From contig OZ244852.1 in assembly GCA_965220965.1 (NCBI GenBank), forward strand, positions 2,560,001 through 2,624,000: a stretch of 64,000 nt of DNA, given 5' to 3'. Shown here piece after piece: positions 61,486-64,000 of this stretch (position 1 is its first letter; the number at the start of each line of letters is the position of its first letter). The DNA is from Candidatus Marinacidobacterium sp. (lineage in GTDB: Bacteria; Acidobacteriota; Vicinamibacteria; Marinacidobacterales; Marinacidobacteraceae). The notes under the pieces were generated by a model. It made no database searches and was not told the DNA's origin. It worked only from the letters and a program-made list of their open reading frames with translations. A program made the translations under genes and the position numbers.

Positions 61486-62364
61486 CTGTCCAACCCCCCG
61501 GGCTGGCGTACGCCGGCGAGGCGGCGACGCCTCTGCGCCGCGCTGTTCGTCGCGGTTTCCGTGGCGTCCTGTTCCAGCCGCTCGCCCCTCCCGGCTGGTG
61601 TCCCGCTCGGGGCGCCCCCGCTGACCGAAGCCGAGATCGAACGCTTCCTCACGGAGGCGGCGGCCGAAGCCCGGGCGGTGCGCCGCTACCAGGCGGTTCT
61701 CGGGGTCCGCGGCGACGGCCCGCGCGGACGGTTCTCGGGTCGCATGCTCGTGGTGTTCCAGCGCCCGGAGGATGGCTCGGACGCGGCGGCGGTGGCGTCC
61801 CTGCGCATGGAGGCGTTCGCTCCGGTCGGCGGGGCCCGCTGGACCCTGGTGGCGAGCCCGGGGCGGGCCAACGCGGTCGTCCCGTCGGAACGGGCCTTTG
61901 GCGAGGCCAGCGATCTCGCCGAGTTCACTCTCCCGCTCCTGGGCGTGCCGGTCGGGGTGGAACAGGTTGCGGCGCTGCTCGTCGGAACCGGAGTTCCGCT
62001 TCGCTCCGCCACCGCCGCGCGTCCGTCCGCGGATGGCGGCGCCGTCGTGCTCGATCAGGGGGAAATCCTCTGGTGGGATCACGGCGCCGATGCCGCCCAG
62101 CTTCGGCGGGTGGCGACGCCCGAATACGGCGCCGCCTACCCGGACGAGTGGCGCCGGGACGGCCGGCAGGTGCCGCGCCGCATCGAGGTCTTCTCCACCG
62201 AGGTGCGCGCGGAACTGACGGTCGAGGAACTGCGGGTGAACGCCGAGCTGCATCCGGAGAGCTTCGAGCTGCGGGCGCCGGCGGAGTTTCGCCGTCTCGG
62301 CGTTCGGGAACTGACCGGGGCGATGCGTCTGTCCGGGGACGGGGAGGCTTCTTCCCCGCGGTGA
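61486..62364 (+). CDS. putative outer-membrane lipoprotein in the lolB syntenic position (LolA/LolB-like fold inferred)
   Basis: [18 protein letters not shown] lipoprotein signal lies upstream of the ORF-track start; beta-rich body ending [12 protein letters not shown]; start uncertain. Confidence 0.6.
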   Translation: MSNPPGWRTPARRRRLCAALFVAVSVASCSSRSPLPAGVPLGAPPLTEAEIERFLTEAAAEARAVRRYQAVLGVRGDGPRGRFSGRMLVVFQRPEDGSDAAAVASLRMEAFAPVGGARWTLVASPGRANAVVPSERAFGEASDLAEFTLPLLGVPVGVEQVAALLVGTGVPLRSATAARPSADGGAVVLDQGEILWWDHGADAAQLRRVATPEYGAAYPDEWRRDGRQVPRRIEVFSTEVRAELTVEELRVNAELHPESFELRAPAEFRRLGVRELTGAMRLSGDGEASSPR

Positions 62365-63413
62365 ACCCGCCTTCGGCGCAGCCCGGCCCGCGCCTCGTCG
62401 TCCGGACGCCGGCGAAGATCAACCTCGGTCTCGAGGTCTGGAACCGCCGGCCCGACGGGTACCACGATCTCCGCACGCTGATGGTGGCGGTGGACCTCTG
62501 GGACACGCTCCGGCTGGAGTCGGACCCGGGCGCGCCGCCGGGAGAGGTCGTCCTCTCCGGCCAGGGGCCGGCGATCCCGCTGGATGACCGCAATCTCGTC
62601 GTCCGGGCGGCCAACCTGCTGGGGCGGAGCTATCCCGGCCGGCTCCCCGGACTGCGGATCCACATCGAAAAGAGCATCCCGGTGGGTCGAGGTTTGGGGG
62701 GAGGCAGCTCCGACGCCGCCGCCGCGCTGCTCGCGCTCAACCGCCTGTTCGGGCTGGGGGCGTCGCGCCGCGAGCTCCACCGCCTGGCGGCCCGGATCGG
62801 CATGGATGCGCCGTTCTTTCTCTACGGCGGCGCCGCGGTCTGCGTGGGCCGGGGCGAGCAGGTGTTCCCGCTCGTTTCGGCGCCCACGCTGCCGCTCGTG
62901 CTGCTGCTTCCGGACTTCGCGGTCTCGACGCCGGAGGCCTACGAGGGACTCCAGCGGCGGGTGGCCGCGCCCTCCCGCGACCGGGGCGCCGCGCCATTCC
63001 CGGCAGTAACCGAACCCCGGTTGGGTGCTGCTAGCATCCGCCGTTCTTCCGGGCCCCTTCCGGAGGCGCGGCTCCAGGCCCCGGGAGTCCCTGCAAGATG
63101 GCTCCGGAACGATCTGGAAGACTCCAGCGCGATACCGGGGATCGCTTCCGATCCGTCCCCGGGGGGAGCAGTCCGGGCGATGCGTCGATCCCTCGAGCAG
63201 GCGGGCGCGCTCGCCTCGGCGATGTCCGGGAGCGGTTCCGCGGTGTTCGGGGTCTTTCCCGACGACCGGAGCGCGGAGGAGGCGGCCGGACGCCTGGGCG
63301 CTTCCCGGGAGCTTCCCGGTTGCCGGGCGGTCGCCACTCGCGTGATCTCGCGGCGGGAGCACCGCCAGGCGCTCGTCGGAGCGCCGGGCAATGGGGCGTG
63401 GCCGAGTGGCTAG
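62361..63413 (+). CDS. ispE: 4-diphosphocytidyl-2-C-methyl-D-erythritol kinase
   Basis: Motifs PAKINLGL, DGYHDL, IPVGRGLGGGSSDAA, GRGE, NDLE and MSGSGSAVFG. Confidence 0.95.
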   Translation: MNPPSAQPGPRLVVRTPAKINLGLEVWNRRPDGYHDLRTLMVAVDLWDTLRLESDPGAPPGEVVLSGQGPAIPLDDRNLVVRAANLLGRSYPGRLPGLRIHIEKSIPVGRGLGGGSSDAAAALLALNRLFGLGASRRELHRLAARIGMDAPFFLYGGAAVCVGRGEQVFPLVSAPTLPLVLLLPDFAVSTPEAYEGLQRRVAAPSRDRGAAPFPAVTEPRLGAASIRRSSGPLPEARLQAPGVPARWLRNDLEDSSAIPGIASDPSPGGAVRAMRRSLEQAGALASAMSGSGSAVFGVFPDDRSAEEAAGRLGASRELPGCRAVATRVISRREHRQALVGAPGNGAWPSG

Positions 63414-63463
63414 GCGCCGGGTTTTGGTTCCGGTCTACGAGGGTTCGAATCCTTCCGCCCCAG
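63392..63463 (+). tRNA. tRNA-Gln(TTG), CCA not encoded
   Basis: Acceptor stem TGGGGCG/CGCCCCA; anticodon arm CCGGG-TTTTGGT-TCCGG; T-arm GGGTTCGAATCC; canonical ispE-tRNA-Gln-prs synteny. Confidence 0.92.
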
Positions 63464-63530
63464 CGCCCGCCCTTCGCTGGATTTCCCGTTCGCCCGCTCC
63501 GGTCCGGCCGGGGCCCCGTCCTTTCGGCTC

Positions 63531-64000
63531 ATGGCTAACCTGAAAAACACCGGCCCCCAGGGATTCCGCGGCAACCTCCTGCTGTTCTCCGGCTCCTCGA
63601 ACCCGGACCTCGCGGCCGCCATCGCCGGTCATCTCGGCCTGGAGCTCTCGCGCGTCCGACGCGACCGGTTTCGCGACGGTGAGGTTCGCCTCCAGATCCA
63701 GACGAACGTTCGCGGGGCGGATGTCTTCACGATCCAGTCCACCTGTCCGCCGGTCAACGAAAACCTGATGGAGCTGCTCCTCATGGTGGACGCGCTGAAG
63801 CGCGCCTCGGCGGCGCGCATCAACGCGGTCATTCCGTACTACGGCTACGGGCGCCAGGACCGGAAGGACCGTCCCCGGGTCCCGATCTCGGCGAAACTGG
63901 TCGCCGACCTGCTGTCGGTCGCCGGAGTCCACCGGGTGATCACCATGGAGCTGCATGCCGGTCAGATCCAGGGGTACTTCGATATCCCGGTGGACCATCT
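63531..64000 (+). CDS. prs: ribose-phosphate pyrophosphokinase; C-terminus runs off the window
   Basis: Manual translation: [11 protein letters not shown]...FRDGE...VRGADVF...NENLMELL...[11 protein letters not shown]...[16 protein letters not shown]. Confidence 0.96.
   Translation, partial: MANLKNTGPQGFRGNLLLFSGSSNPDLAAAIAGHLGLELSRVRRDRFRDGEVRLQIQTNVRGADVFTIQSTCPPVNENLMELLLMVDALKRASAARINAVIPYYGYGRQDRKDRPRVPISAKLVADLLSVAGVHRVITMELHAGQIQGYFDIPVDH

Overview
GC-rich bacterial chromosomal window, probably Acidobacteriota: the 16S begins GATCCTGGCTCAGAATC, the target of the Acidobacteria-directed 31F primer. Core genes are purM-purN-tyrS, a complete rRNA operon (16S, tRNA-Ile, tRNA-Ala, 23S, 5S), selD-dapF, thiS-thiG-nth, selA-purH and TPR-lipoprotein-ispE-tRNA-Gln-prs. 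Between them are many secreted or periplasmic catabolic enzymes: a TonB receptor, M24/S10/M14 peptidases, PQQ dehydrogenases, and Tat-exported PLP, amidase and D-amino acid oxidase enzymes. Conflict-type genes are scattered through the window. The best candidate for a new system is at 32.4-37.9 kb: a three-domain AAA+ ATPase coupled to an apparently catalytically dead PD-(D/E)XK protein, then a 116-bp diverged copy of the ATPase 3' end and an intact PD-(D/E)XK nuclease. Other points of interest: a Tat-signal AtzG/GatC-like small protein beside a signal-less amidase, an AAA ATPase with a natural Walker B DE->NQ change, five CTGA stop/start junctions suggesting CTG initiation, leaderless-type promoters, a TTAA-flanked MITE, a palindromic repeat array after purH, and a tRNA-Gln overlapping the end of ispE. 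All calls come from manual motif reading with no database searches, so start codons and RNA ends are approximate.
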